A stretch of DNA of 64,000 nucleotides from a virus (taxonomy: Duplodnaviria; Caudoviricetes), in the IMG/VR virus record IMGVR_UViG_3300020577_008668, positions 1 through 64,000 of that record, one strand, 5' to 3'. The position numbers and the translations under genes are program-made. Below, piece by piece: positions 55,202 through 64,000 of this stretch. A model generated the notes under the pieces. It was not told the origin of the DNA. It worked only from the letters and a program-made list of their open reading frames with translations, and ran no database searches. The stretch's first letter is position 1. Each line of letters opens with the position of its first letter.

Positions 55202-57012
55202 TGCCACGATTTGATGGGTCTTACCCTAACTTCGGGTTAGAATACAGTCCTTCTGTTTCTGTAGCTAAAGTCGCTGTGCCTCAAGCACAATCTTCTTTTG
55301 TTGGGGTTCCTGACGGTAACCTTGCTTCGTTAACTTCTACAGGTTCTCGTTCGTTAGATCCGGTAGGGTTTGTTGACCTTGTTGGGGATTTATCAGGTGG
55401 GGTGACTGCAACTGTTGCGGGCGGACTGTTTGGAACTGACCCTAACCACCCGATGGGGTTTACTTGCCCTGATCTTATTCTTCGCTCGTCAGGGTCGGGG
55501 ATGAGGCTGACGGTTCAGCCAAGCCCTGGCGCTGGGTGGTGGATTGAGGTTCAGTTTTTGGAAGGTGGAAACGGGTATTGTGCTCGTTTGGAGTCTAACT
55601 CGTTGAAGATTTGTCGTGTTGATGCTGGTGTTTCTACTGTGTTGAAGTCTACCCCTGTGGGGGCTACTAGTAGCGACGTGTTTTCGTTTGTGTGGGATGG
55701 AAATCAAAGGTATCAGGCCTTTTGGGGAAACGTTTACGTTTCGGAGGTGGATGACTCTTATTCTGGTTTAGGATCTCAGATGAGGGTTGTTTCTCAGGGT
55801 GGGAAGGTAAGTGAGTTCATCGGTGGGGTTGTCAAAAAGGCTGATTTTGATGCTGTTGATGCACCTTACCGGAATGTTTTCTTCACTAATATCCTTTATT
55901 ATGATGGGGTGGATTTCCCTTGGGTTGCTGATTCTGGCACTGCCTTTAATGCTGCCCTTCAGGCTGTAACTGGGATCAACACTGTTCCTTTTGTTACTTT
56001 AGCTTATTGTAAGCCATCCTTTTTAGATGGGGCTACCCCTGGTGTTGCTCCATCTAAAGATGCTTTGACTGATATTGTCGCTGATTGGGGGCAGCTAGTT
56101 GATGATCATCCTAGTCTTTCTCATTTCATTGTGTGGAAAGATAATCAGGGGTTTGAATGTGGAGCTGATGGATCTTCTAGTTTCTATGACGCTACTCCAG
56201 GGTGTATGTTAGGGGACTGGGATTATCCCAGGTATAGGGATTTGTTCCAGGCAACTTCTGAAGGTTTGCGCTCTCAGAGTTCTGGTATTTCTGTTTATGG
56301 TCCTAACTGTCATTTGTCTGCCCGTGGTGAAGGGTTTGACACCCTGTATGGTGGGGTGACTGTTGACTCCCGTGACATGGGCTTTCTTCAGTTCTTTCTT
56401 GATGATTGTTTTGCCGCCACGCCTTTGTTTACCGCTGATGGTCTGGCTATCTCAGGGTCTTTTACTTCATCTGAGTGGGAATTGTTGATCCCTTATCTCA
56501 AAGACCTGTGTGCACCGTTGCCTTTGATTGTGACATCTCCTGATCTTCCAGCTACCCCAACCCAGTCTAACGCTGATGATTACGTTAGCGTGATGAATGA
56601 TTTTTTGGATGAAGGAGATGTTGTTTTTTACAATTATGGAACAGACTTCTTCTTTCACTCTCCTCGTTTGGTTTTCACTGAGTATGACTGGACTTTTACA
56701 GCCACCTTATCTCTTCCTAGTACAATGATGAACGCCCGTTTGAAAGTTGTTGGGATTTCTGATAAAGTGCTTCGTAATGGTGCCGTCACTATTATTAGTG
56801 ATGGAGCTACCCCCTATCATTTTGCTGACGAGCTACCTGTAGGTAATGGTTTTCTCCAGTTAGGCGATTTAGAGGCAGGGGTTTACTCTATTACAGTTTT
56901 TGGAGATAAAGGACAGAACGGGAATGCGATGTTGCGTATAGGGATTTACAGTGATAACTTTGATGTTCTAACTTTAGCAGATACCCGATTTTTAGGGAGT
57001 CCCAGTGAGTGA
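55201..57012 (+). CDS. Tail protein with lectin-like N-domain and GH39-like barrel
   Basis: PFVTLAYC, HFIVWKDNQGF, WDYPRY..L, VYGP, DSRD. Confidence 0.6.
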   Translation: MPRFDGSYPNFGLEYSPSVSVAKVAVPQAQSSFVGVPDGNLASLTSTGSRSLDPVGFVDLVGDLSGGVTATVAGGLFGTDPNHPMGFTCPDLILRSSGSGMRLTVQPSPGAGWWIEVQFLEGGNGYCARLESNSLKICRVDAGVSTVLKSTPVGATSSDVFSFVWDGNQRYQAFWGNVYVSEVDDSYSGLGSQMRVVSQGGKVSEFIGGVVKKADFDAVDAPYRNVFFTNILYYDGVDFPWVADSGTAFNAALQAVTGINTVPFVTLAYCKPSFLDGATPGVAPSKDALTDIVADWGQLVDDHPSLSHFIVWKDNQGFECGADGSSSFYDATPGCMLGDWDYPRYRDLFQATSEGLRSQSSGISVYGPNCHLSARGEGFDTLYGGVTVDSRDMGFLQFFLDDCFAATPLFTADGLAISGSFTSSEWELLIPYLKDLCAPLPLIVTSPDLPATPTQSNADDYVSVMNDFLDEGDVVFYNYGTDFFFHSPRLVFTEYDWTFTATLSLPSTMMNARLKVVGISDKVLRNGAVTIISDGATPYHFADELPVGNGFLQLGDLEAGVYSITVFGDKGQNGNAMLRIGIYSDNFDVLTLADTRFLGSPSE

Positions 57013-57397
57013 ACTGGAGCTTTTTCGACGCCGCCTAAATTTAGCTAAGGCTAATGCTGAAGGATTTAGGGACATTTCAGCTGGACCTACTCGCTGTTCA
57101 GGGCAGTTTATGGTTGATTCCTCAGGCGAGCTTGAGGCACAGATCTTGTTTCCTGTGAAATTTTCTCAAAAGCCTCTGCTCTCTTACGCTGGTGAGCTGA
57201 AAGAGGGGGATATGTTGACCTCTTCAAGGATGCCGACTCTGCGGATGGTTGTTTTGAGTTGGATTTTGGAAGATAAACCTCCTTTCCAGTCTTTGTATAC
57301 TGGTGCAGTGTTGGGGGTTGTGTTGGATGGTCCTCCTGGTCAGCGTATGCTTGCTACTTGGCATATGGATGGCGTAGCGTTTTCTAACCCGGTGTGA
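57005..57397 (+). CDS. Minor tail protein
   Basis: Overlapping ORF in the tail operon. Confidence 0.6.
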   Translation: MSELELFRRRLNLAKANAEGFRDISAGPTRCSGQFMVDSSGELEAQILFPVKFSQKPLLSYAGELKEGDMLTSSRMPTLRMVVLSWILEDKPPFQSLYTGAVLGVVLDGPPGQRMLATWHMDGVAFSNPV

Positions 57398-57404
57398 GGC
57401 ACTG

Positions 57405-57833
57405 ATGCCACGTAAGGACTTAAGGTTGGTGCAGTCCAGGGACACGTCAGTGTTCACCTCTTCTTCTCGCGTTCAAGAAGAAGAAATCCAAGTTTTCAAT
57501 CTTCCTGGTGAGGTGTCTGATTCAATTTCGGGCCATTGGTCACCTCAGAGAGACGTCGTCTTAACGTCTTGGACGGTAACTTCTTCGACTAGAGGAACTG
57601 GGGGATTGTGGGTTGTGCTTCTAGTCGGGGATCACGCTTTTAATGTGGAGGGTGACGGGGTTGGCGTTATGATTTTGCCCGCTGCCAACCTGGCTCTTTC
57701 TAGTAAAATTACGTTGACTAACAGTATCTATAATTATGCTACTGTTACGACCAATCAGTGGATGGCTATTCAGCTCGGTGGGTCCACTGGTCATTCTGAC
57801 GTAACAGTTCAATTGTATGGGAAGTATCTCTAA
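57405..57833 (+). CDS. Minor tail protein
   Basis: Beta-rich ORF in the tail operon. Confidence 0.6.
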   Translation: MPRKDLRLVQSRDTSVFTSSSRVQEEEIQVFNLPGEVSDSISGHWSPQRDVVLTSWTVTSSTRGTGGLWVVLLVGDHAFNVEGDGVGVMILPAANLALSSKITLTNSIYNYATVTTNQWMAIQLGGSTGHSDVTVQLYGKYL

Positions 57834-58219
57834 TGTCTAGAATCCCTTGGTCCTTGGAGACGCTAGATGGATTAGATGTCCTAGTTTTTGAAGTCAATCC
57901 TAAGTCTGACTCTGGTTCTTTTGGGGTCAATAAGGGGATTTCTTACTCTGTGGCGGCAGGGCCGTCAAACTCATCGGTGATTCATGAGACGACTGATGAG
58001 GCTCAGCAAGTCTCTTATTCGGGGGTTTTGCTGTCTTCCACTCAGTATGATGCTCTAGACCTATGGTTCTCTAAGGAGGAGCCTGTGATTTTAACCGATG
58101 ATCTTGGTAGATCTACCCTTGTCTATCTAGATTCATTAGAGTACTCTAGGGCTCCGAAGCGACATTATCCTTTCCGACATGATTTCTCTTTCACTGCTTT
58201 TGTGTTGGAGAAACTATGA
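57833..58219 (+). CDS. Minor tail protein (distal-tail-like)
   Basis: NP...G.L...Q...L..W...LTDDLG pattern; paralog of the C-terminus of the next gene. Confidence 0.6.
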   Translation: MSRIPWSLETLDGLDVLVFEVNPKSDSGSFGVNKGISYSVAAGPSNSSVIHETTDEAQQVSYSGVLLSSTQYDALDLWFSKEEPVILTDDLGRSTLVYLDSLEYSRAPKRHYPFRHDFSFTAFVLEKL

Positions 58220-61200
58220 CAACGATTGATTGCAATGTCATTTGGCAAGATACTTCAGGGAATCCAATTTCTTCAGCTTTAGTGGGAGAAGAGATCTGCA
58301 TTCTAATTCAATTTGAATCTAATCCGACATCATCTTTAAATGATTGGGCAGGGTATCTTTCAGAACTACCCGGTTCCTTTGTTCCAACGGGATGGTTTAA
58401 GACGGGGGGGTCACCTTCATTTATTGAGCCGATGCTTCCACTTTATTCTAACTTCCCTGATGTAGCTCCTGATGGGGCGACGAGTGGGTTTTGGGGGATC
58501 GTAGGAAGCTTTTCCTTTGCTCAGTCCTTAGTTTCTGACTATTTAAGTTTTAGCGTTTCCGCTGAGGATCATACCGTTTTTTCCAGTTCAACCAATTACG
58601 AGACTTTGAATGTTACTGGCTGGGGTGGGTTTAGTGGAGTGATGCCATCTGGGGAAAGCTCTCCCCCTGAGTTTCTTTTAGGACAGTCGATCTTTTTCAC
58701 AGATATTCGAGGTGGAGAGGATGATTCGGGAGTAATTATTGAGCTTCTGAGTATGGGTGATGATTTGATTTCATTACCTGTTGACATGATGGGAGCGGAG
58801 TGGCCTGCTGCTATCGCTACTACAGTCAATGACATAGAGGAATGGGTTGGGTTTTCGGGGGAAGGGTCAACTCATAATTTCGGCGCTTTGGTAGCAGATA
58901 ATGGAGACGTGGCGGGGGTAGTTCTTAAGGGGCTATCGAACTCCGTTGGCAGTAAGTCTGTTACGTTAGAGTATTCCACGGGGTCACATGGGACTATTAC
59001 CCCAAGTCTAGATTATACCGTTATTAACTCTAGGCTTAAGGCCGGTACTAGAGTTTATGCTTATGGGATTGATCCGGTCGCTACCCCTATTGAAGTTAAC
59101 GATGAAGTATCCGTTTACGCTCTTGTTGATTTTGACCATTTTGATGCGTCCATTACTTGTCTGCATGTCCCCGATAGCTTTGTGGTGACAAATGCTGTTT
59201 ATGGTTTAGAAGATTATCCATCAAGCTGGACCACTCCGTGGTCCTTTTCTGGTAATGGATCTTCTCACACATTTACGACAGAAGCATCTGGGAACGCTAC
59301 TGACGTTGGCGTTATGCTTACAGGGCATTTCACTCAAGGTGGATCATACGATTTTATTTTTGAGGGATCTTCAACCTATAGACGAACTACAGTCAGGCAT
59401 CAAACATTCAAAGTTAATGGAGCTGGAGCGACCCCAGAGGTCTTTCCAACCAGTGTCGCTCAATGGTATGCGGACGATAACTTAACTCCTATTTCCACAA
59501 CGGAGAATGGAGAAGATGCGGTGCTTCATGTGGGGGCTGTGTGCATTGGATCTGAGGTTACTGTAACGGTTGAAGATATTTCTCCTAATTTGATCCTGAA
59601 TTCAGTTAGTGTTCTAACTCAGCATCTCAACGGAACTACAGCTACTAGTAGTTGGGGTGATTTCTCTGGAGAGGGGGATAGTCTTACTTTTTTGAACTTA
59701 GGAAACTTTGATGGGGATAATGATGGCAGAGTGACCCTTGTTTTCGACTGTTCAACTGTAAGTCCTGGAACTGGACTGATTGAGGTAAGCTTTGACGCTA
59801 CGTCTCCTGATGGTTCGGCAACTTACCTTCCCTTGGTTTTGTCCCCAGAACTTGAGATTACGAGTGGAAACATTTCTCCTACTGCGAGCATTTCAGCCGC
59901 TTCATCTAGTTTCACGGGGGTGAGTGTAGGGTTCAGTTCGACGGGTTCAACCGACCCGGATGGCACAATTACATCTTATGCTTGGGATTTTGGTGATGGA
60001 GGAACAAGTTCTCTAGCTTCTCCATCACATACATTTTCTTCTCCGGGAAACTATAACGTTATATTAACCGTAACTGATAACTTGGGGGCTACAGGTTCTA
60101 ATACCCATAGCATATCCATAGTAGATGGGTCACCTATTGCGGTCATCGGAGCTTCAGGAACGGGAACTTTGAGGGTGTCTAAGGGATTCACAGGAATTAA
60201 CTCTACGGACCCCAATGGGAGCATCGTCTCATATTCTTGGGATTTTGGTGATGGTAATACGGCTACTATCGCTAGTCCTTATCACACCTTCACCTCAGTA
60301 GGGACTTATCCTGTTACTTTAACTGTTACAGATAATCATGGTTTGACAGGTCAGACTACTTTAAATGTGGTCGTAACAGCAATTAACCCTCACGCTGTGA
60401 TTACGGGACCGACGAGTGGAGTTAGGGCTACTTCGATCTCCTTTAGTTCAGCATCTTCAACCGGCACAATTACATCTTATGCTTGGGATTTTGGTGATGG
60501 GACGACTAGTGCTATGGCTAATCCCCCACATGTGTTTAATACTGTTGGTTCCTTCTTGGTTTCATTAACTCTCAGTGACCCAGATGGAGATATAAGTGTT
60601 GATACTCATTTGATCTCTATCATTTCAGATACCCCTGTCGCAATAATTACCGGCCCATCCCATGGGGTATTGAATCAATCGCTTGGGTTTAGCTCAGTCG
60701 GCTCTCTGGCACCAAGCGGAGCGATAGTTTCACTGGTTTGGGATTTTGGGGATGGAGGAACCTCTACAGCAATAAACCCTTCGCACACGTTCACCTCCCT
60801 TGGAGTTTTTTTAGTCACATTGTCGGTGACAGACAGTCACGGGAATACAGCAAATACCATCCATTCAGTCACCGTTTCTGAATTAGAGGAAATTATGGTA
60901 GGTGAAAGAGTTCCTTGGGTTTTCTATGATCCAGTTTCTGGACAAGCATATAGTCTTAGGGCTAATCCTCAGTCTTTCAAGGTGGTTAAGCGTAAGAAAA
61001 ATATTGCGGCTGATAAAACCACGGCTGGTCAGTCCGTGTTTTCAGAGGGAAGGAGTCTGGTTCCCACTTTGAGTTTTAGTGGAGTGACTTTATCCGAGGA
61101 TCAGTTAGAGACAATCCAACTTTTATCAAGTATGAGGCATCAGATTCGGCTATCCGATGATCTTGGACATACTTATTGGTTTTATATTACAAGTCTACAG

Positions 61201-61278
61201 TTGTCTAGGCAGTTAAAACGCCAGAGCCCGTGGTACCATACCTACTCTATTGATGCTGTTATTCTAGATTGGGTCTAA
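58216..61278 (+). CDS. Ig-like/PKD-repeat tail protein with a C-terminal distal-tail-like domain
   Basis: Four WDFGDG...P.H.F...G...V.LTV.D PKD repeats. Confidence 0.85.
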   Translation: MTTIDCNVIWQDTSGNPISSALVGEEICILIQFESNPTSSLNDWAGYLSELPGSFVPTGWFKTGGSPSFIEPMLPLYSNFPDVAPDGATSGFWGIVGSFSFAQSLVSDYLSFSVSAEDHTVFSSSTNYETLNVTGWGGFSGVMPSGESSPPEFLLGQSIFFTDIRGGEDDSGVIIELLSMGDDLISLPVDMMGAEWPAAIATTVNDIEEWVGFSGEGSTHNFGALVADNGDVAGVVLKGLSNSVGSKSVTLEYSTGSHGTITPSLDYTVINSRLKAGTRVYAYGIDPVATPIEVNDEVSVYALVDFDHFDASITCLHVPDSFVVTNAVYGLEDYPSSWTTPWSFSGNGSSHTFTTEASGNATDVGVMLTGHFTQGGSYDFIFEGSSTYRRTTVRHQTFKVNGAGATPEVFPTSVAQWYADDNLTPISTTENGEDAVLHVGAVCIGSEVTVTVEDISPNLILNSVSVLTQHLNGTTATSSWGDFSGEGDSLTFLNLGNFDGDNDGRVTLVFDCSTVSPGTGLIEVSFDATSPDGSATYLPLVLSPELEITSGNISPTASISAASSSFTGVSVGFSSTGSTDPDGTITSYAWDFGDGGTSSLASPSHTFSSPGNYNVILTVTDNLGATGSNTHSISIVDGSPIAVIGASGTGTLRVSKGFTGINSTDPNGSIVSYSWDFGDGNTATIASPYHTFTSVGTYPVTLTVTDNHGLTGQTTLNVVVTAINPHAVITGPTSGVRATSISFSSASSTGTITSYAWDFGDGTTSAMANPPHVFNTVGSFLVSLTLSDPDGDISVDTHLISIISDTPVAIITGPSHGVLNQSLGFSSVGSLAPSGAIVSLVWDFGDGGTSTAINPSHTFTSLGVFLVTLSVTDSHGNTANTIHSVTVSELEEIMVGERVPWVFYDPVSGQAYSLRANPQSFKVVKRKKNIAADKTTAGQSVFSEGRSLVPTLSFSGVTLSEDQLETIQLLSSMRHQIRLSDDLGHTYWFYITSLQLSRQLKRQSPWYHTYSIDAVILDWV
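59962..60500 (+). repeat. 38-nt exact direct repeat between PKD repeats 1 and 3 (59962-59999 and 60463-60500)
   Basis: GGCACAATTACATCTTATGCTTGGGATTTTGGTGATGG occurs twice. Confidence 0.9.
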
Positions 61279-61279
61279 A

Positions 61280-62503
61280 ATGAAACTACCTTATAATTAT
61301 AGTTTCCCTTGGGTTAAAGACTCTTTTAACTATAACGCTACCCCTTTTTTTTATGATACGGGTTCCCCTTGGGGATACAATGGAGCGTGGGGCGGCAGTG
61401 CTCCTTACCGTCCCGTTGAGTCAGAGGGCTCTCTAACTCCGATTCCCTCTCCTCGCCACTGGTATTGGGAAAGATTGCAGTCGAGTGGTTCTAGTGCCTC
61501 CGCTTACACTTCTGGTGGTCGACTGCAGGGAGGTTTATCGGGGTCATCTGATTTAGGGTATCTACGAATGCAGCCTAGGACATTTCCTGAAACTTCGGCA
61601 GCAGTTTTTGCTGAATCTTTTGATTTTGTACGTCTTATTCTAGGAACTTCTTTCGTGAGAGAAATAGGCGTAAGATGTGGTCCTCTTCTCGATAGTCCAG
61701 GTTTGGCCCCTTTTTCAACAGAGTTGGATTTTTCTTTTATTGCTTTAGATACCTTTGAAGGTATTAGTCCTTCGTACACTACCTTAATGCTTTATGCAGC
61801 GGAACATGGTGGAGTTGTTACTCCTGATATGATTTCGCTAGTTAACGGGGTTACGGTCGCAGTGTTTCTTCCTTCTGTGAATATTAAATTTCACCTAAAT
61901 GTATCTCAGTCTGATATTGATAGTAATGTAGCTTTAGGGAATAGTCTGGGATCAGAATACCCTATCGAAGGGTTACCTCCTAACCTTGGAACTATGACGT
62001 ATGGGGGTTTGAACGAGGGGGATTCATTCGCTCAGGTTGGTTGTATGGTTGAGGGTAGTGTAACTCGTTACAGTGCTGATTTGACAGCCTTTGGGGCGTC
62101 TTTTGCTGGGTATGGGATTAAGGTCTTTAGGGTAGAGGATACCTTCGACTGCAATATTGGGACATTTAGGGATCGAAAAAATTATAGAACTGTTATAGAG
62201 AATCTAAATGGTGAACTTCTAAGTGGTTATAGTGTGGCTTTTTTTAGTCCTACTGGAGGGAGTAGGTACGGAAGGTACTTGGGGACAGATCCTTCTTTCA
62301 TTCCTTTTAAGGATATTATGAATGAGGCTCTTACTGCTGCTGGGGCTTCAGCGGGGAAAGTTGATTATACTTCTTCTATTTTTCAGGGTAATGGTGCCGG
62401 GTACCTCGGATTTTACACAGGCTACAATTCATTAGATTTTTACAACCACGGATTTTACCTACCCGATCGTAGTGGATTTAATATTGGACGAATAGGGATG
62501 TAG
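61280..62503 (+). CDS. Last gene of the tail operon; candidate receptor-binding protein
   Basis: 407 aa, aromatic- and Gly-rich; no motif recognised. Confidence 0.55.
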   Translation: MKLPYNYSFPWVKDSFNYNATPFFYDTGSPWGYNGAWGGSAPYRPVESEGSLTPIPSPRHWYWERLQSSGSSASAYTSGGRLQGGLSGSSDLGYLRMQPRTFPETSAAVFAESFDFVRLILGTSFVREIGVRCGPLLDSPGLAPFSTELDFSFIALDTFEGISPSYTTLMLYAAEHGGVVTPDMISLVNGVTVAVFLPSVNIKFHLNVSQSDIDSNVALGNSLGSEYPIEGLPPNLGTMTYGGLNEGDSFAQVGCMVEGSVTRYSADLTAFGASFAGYGIKVFRVEDTFDCNIGTFRDRKNYRTVIENLNGELLSGYSVAFFSPTGGSRYGRYLGTDPSFIPFKDIMNEALTAAGASAGKVDYTSSIFQGNGAGYLGFYTGYNSLDFYNHGFYLPDRSGFNIGRIGM

Positions 62504-62768
62504 AGTTTTCATTCATGCCCTTTCCTTGTTTACCTTACCTCCTTTCCCCTACTCGTAGGTACCACTTCTCTTACCCCTGGCGTCACGAGTTTCAGTGTTC
62601 TGCTTCAGCCCTTGACTGGGGATGAGTTTAAGCCGACCCATTTTTCGTCTTTGAGAAACCCTGTCGTGTCGACCCGGTGTCGGCCTGTGCTACTATGGCT
62701 GGACAGCGAATGTTCACTTCGGTCGATTCGGCAAATAGTTGATGAAATTATTTGCATTCTGTTTCGGA

Positions 62769-62797
62769 TTGCTATATACCTCACTTCGAGGTAGAAT
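62769..62797 (+). promoter_or_regulatory. Housekeeping-sigma-type promoter with an internal inverted repeat
   Basis: TTGCTA-N17-TAGAAT; TACCTC-acttc-GAGGTA lies between the two boxes. Confidence 0.5.
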
Positions 62798-62806
62798 GGA
62801 GACTTT

Positions 62807-62965
62807 GTGGATAAAAAGCTTTTACGGGATGGTTTTGCTATAGCGGCCACCTGCCTTTTTTATGGGGCTATCGGAATTGTAGGCTTGCTGGTGTCAGCAA
62901 TTGTTATTCTATGGCTTGTGTGGGCTGTTGTTGGAATGTGGCAAGCGATCGGGGCACTGTTATGA
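62807..62965 (+). CDS. 52-aa membrane peptide (not in ORF track)
   Basis: MDKKLLRDGFAIAATCLFYGAIGIVGLLVSAIVILWLVWAVVGMWQAIGALL; ATGA-coupled to the next gene. Confidence 0.55.
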   Translation: MDKKLLRDGFAIAATCLFYGAIGIVGLLVSAIVILWLVWAVVGMWQAIGALL

Positions 62966-63330
62966 TGGGTACTGCTACTAGTGATTTGACGTTGGCTGAT
63001 CGGCTTTATGATGACGGGGTATTTAACGATCTGTGTTCTGTTATCGGTCAACATTGTGGTTCCGATGGCACCGATGATGATCACAATGATTGGATTAGCG
63101 ATCTAGCAAACGCTGTCGTTGTGCTTTTTACTCCGTCATTGCTGAAACTTGATCGACTTGAAGCAGTTTTTGCTGATTGGCCTTCGGACGAGGTGCGCTA
63201 TGCTGCAAATCATACAGACGACAGTGGGGCTGGGGACGAATTGTCAGACTTGCTTCGCAAACTTGCTGATGCCTTAGATGTAGAGGAGAGAGCTAGTGAC
63301 GGTTTATCCAGTCACCCCCAGTCAGTTTAA
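62962..63330 (+). CDS. Acidic hypothetical protein
   Basis: ATG 62962 is coupled to the upstream peptide. Confidence 0.55.
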   Translation: MMGTATSDLTLADRLYDDGVFNDLCSVIGQHCGSDGTDDDHNDWISDLANAVVVLFTPSLLKLDRLEAVFADWPSDEVRYAANHTDDSGAGDELSDLLRKLADALDVEERASDGLSSHPQSV

Positions 63331-63880
63331 GAAGGTAACTGGACGACCCCCTAAGGGGGAAAGGGGAAGAATAGCTGTGATCCACGAGGTAGCCTCCCTG
63401 CTCCCTCAGTTTATAGCTAACAACAGCGGAAGGGCTTTGGGTGTAGATATAAAAGATGGAGTTTATTCTGAAAAGAGGAATATGCATGGCTCCAGGGCTA
63501 AAATACAATCTTGGATTGAGAGTAATGAGGGCGATCTTCTTGTTAAGAAATGTGTTGCTTTCTTCCATTCCAAGCAGTTAGACTCCTCGGATCTAGATGT
63601 GAAAAGCTTGTTTGATCCGATTCTAGTATCTCCCTGTTATTTTACTATTCATTACATCCTAACTAAGCGCATTTCTGACGAATTAATGGGGCAGCTTGAA
63701 GATAATCTTCTTCTACTTAAAGAAACGAGAAAACAGGTAACTAAAGAGAAAAGGCGCAAAAAAGCAGAAATTCGCTCTCAAACAAAGTATAAGAGTGAGG
63801 CCGAAGATGTTGCTCAAGCTGTTCTGCTGCTGAAACAACATGGGCTAGATGTTGTTTCTATTGCGAAAGGAAAACCTTAA
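63296..63880 (+). CDS. Hypothetical protein
   Basis: 194 aa with a basic coiled C-terminus. Confidence 0.6.
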   Translation: MTVYPVTPSQFKKVTGRPPKGERGRIAVIHEVASLLPQFIANNSGRALGVDIKDGVYSEKRNMHGSRAKIQSWIESNEGDLLVKKCVAFFHSKQLDSSDLDVKSLFDPILVSPCYFTIHYILTKRISDELMGQLEDNLLLLKETRKQVTKEKRRKKAEIRSQTKYKSEAEDVAQAVLLLKQHGLDVVSIAKGKP

Positions 63881-64000
63881 TGTGGAATGCGTTGAGGAAC
63901 CTTTTTGTTGATGAGCATAAGTGGGATTATCGGTGGGTGAAGAGGATGAATTCTTCTCAGGTACCATACTATTCGCTCATATTGCAACTCCGACATTTGG

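Noticed and set aside
62550-62642. 30-aa minus-strand ORF MGRLKLIPSQGLKQNTETRDARGKRSGTYE
   Set aside because: Short, with a weak SD and no recognisable motif; cannot be supported without homologs
1-64000. tRNA, rRNA, integrase, transposase or alternative genetic code
   Set aside because: No T-loop/CCA patterns or recombinase motifs were recognised by eye, and conserved genes translate cleanly with code 11. tRNAscan was not run.

Overview
The whole window reads as one contiguous piece of a large tailed dsDNA phage genome with a siphovirus-type tail. The host is probably an actinomycete; the tail repeats point to Acidimicrobiia (inference). By eye the backbone is about 43-46% GC (not computed). 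Order of modules: (1) a mostly leftward nucleotide/accessory block (dATP/dGTP diphosphohydrolase-like, ThyX, dCMP deaminase, DRB0094-type RNA ligase, a frameshifted adenine MTase, a metallophosphoesterase); (2) a 900-bp non-coding switch region with an origin-like part and a densely structured RNA-like part; (3) a FliA/WhiG-like sigma factor, an intein-split class II RNR, holin and CHAP lysin; (4) a high-GC collage of truncated foreign phage genes; (5) an 11-gene glycan-synthesis operon running directly into the packaging genes; (6) terminase, portal, head, neck (with one more GT4 inside), tail and tape measure; (7) several glycan-binding-type tail-tip proteins. The best candidates for undescribed biology are a complete phage-encoded glycosylation system (7 GTs in the operon plus a GT4, 3 methyltransferases and a GDP-mannose 3,5-epimerase-like enzyme, probably for virion glycosylation), a terminase mini-intein whose +1 residue is Val rather than Cys/Ser/Thr, a tape measure with about 1,240 aa of N-terminal cargo including an HExxH zincin, and two structured ncRNA candidates. 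Family names come from motif recognition by eye. No database searches were run.
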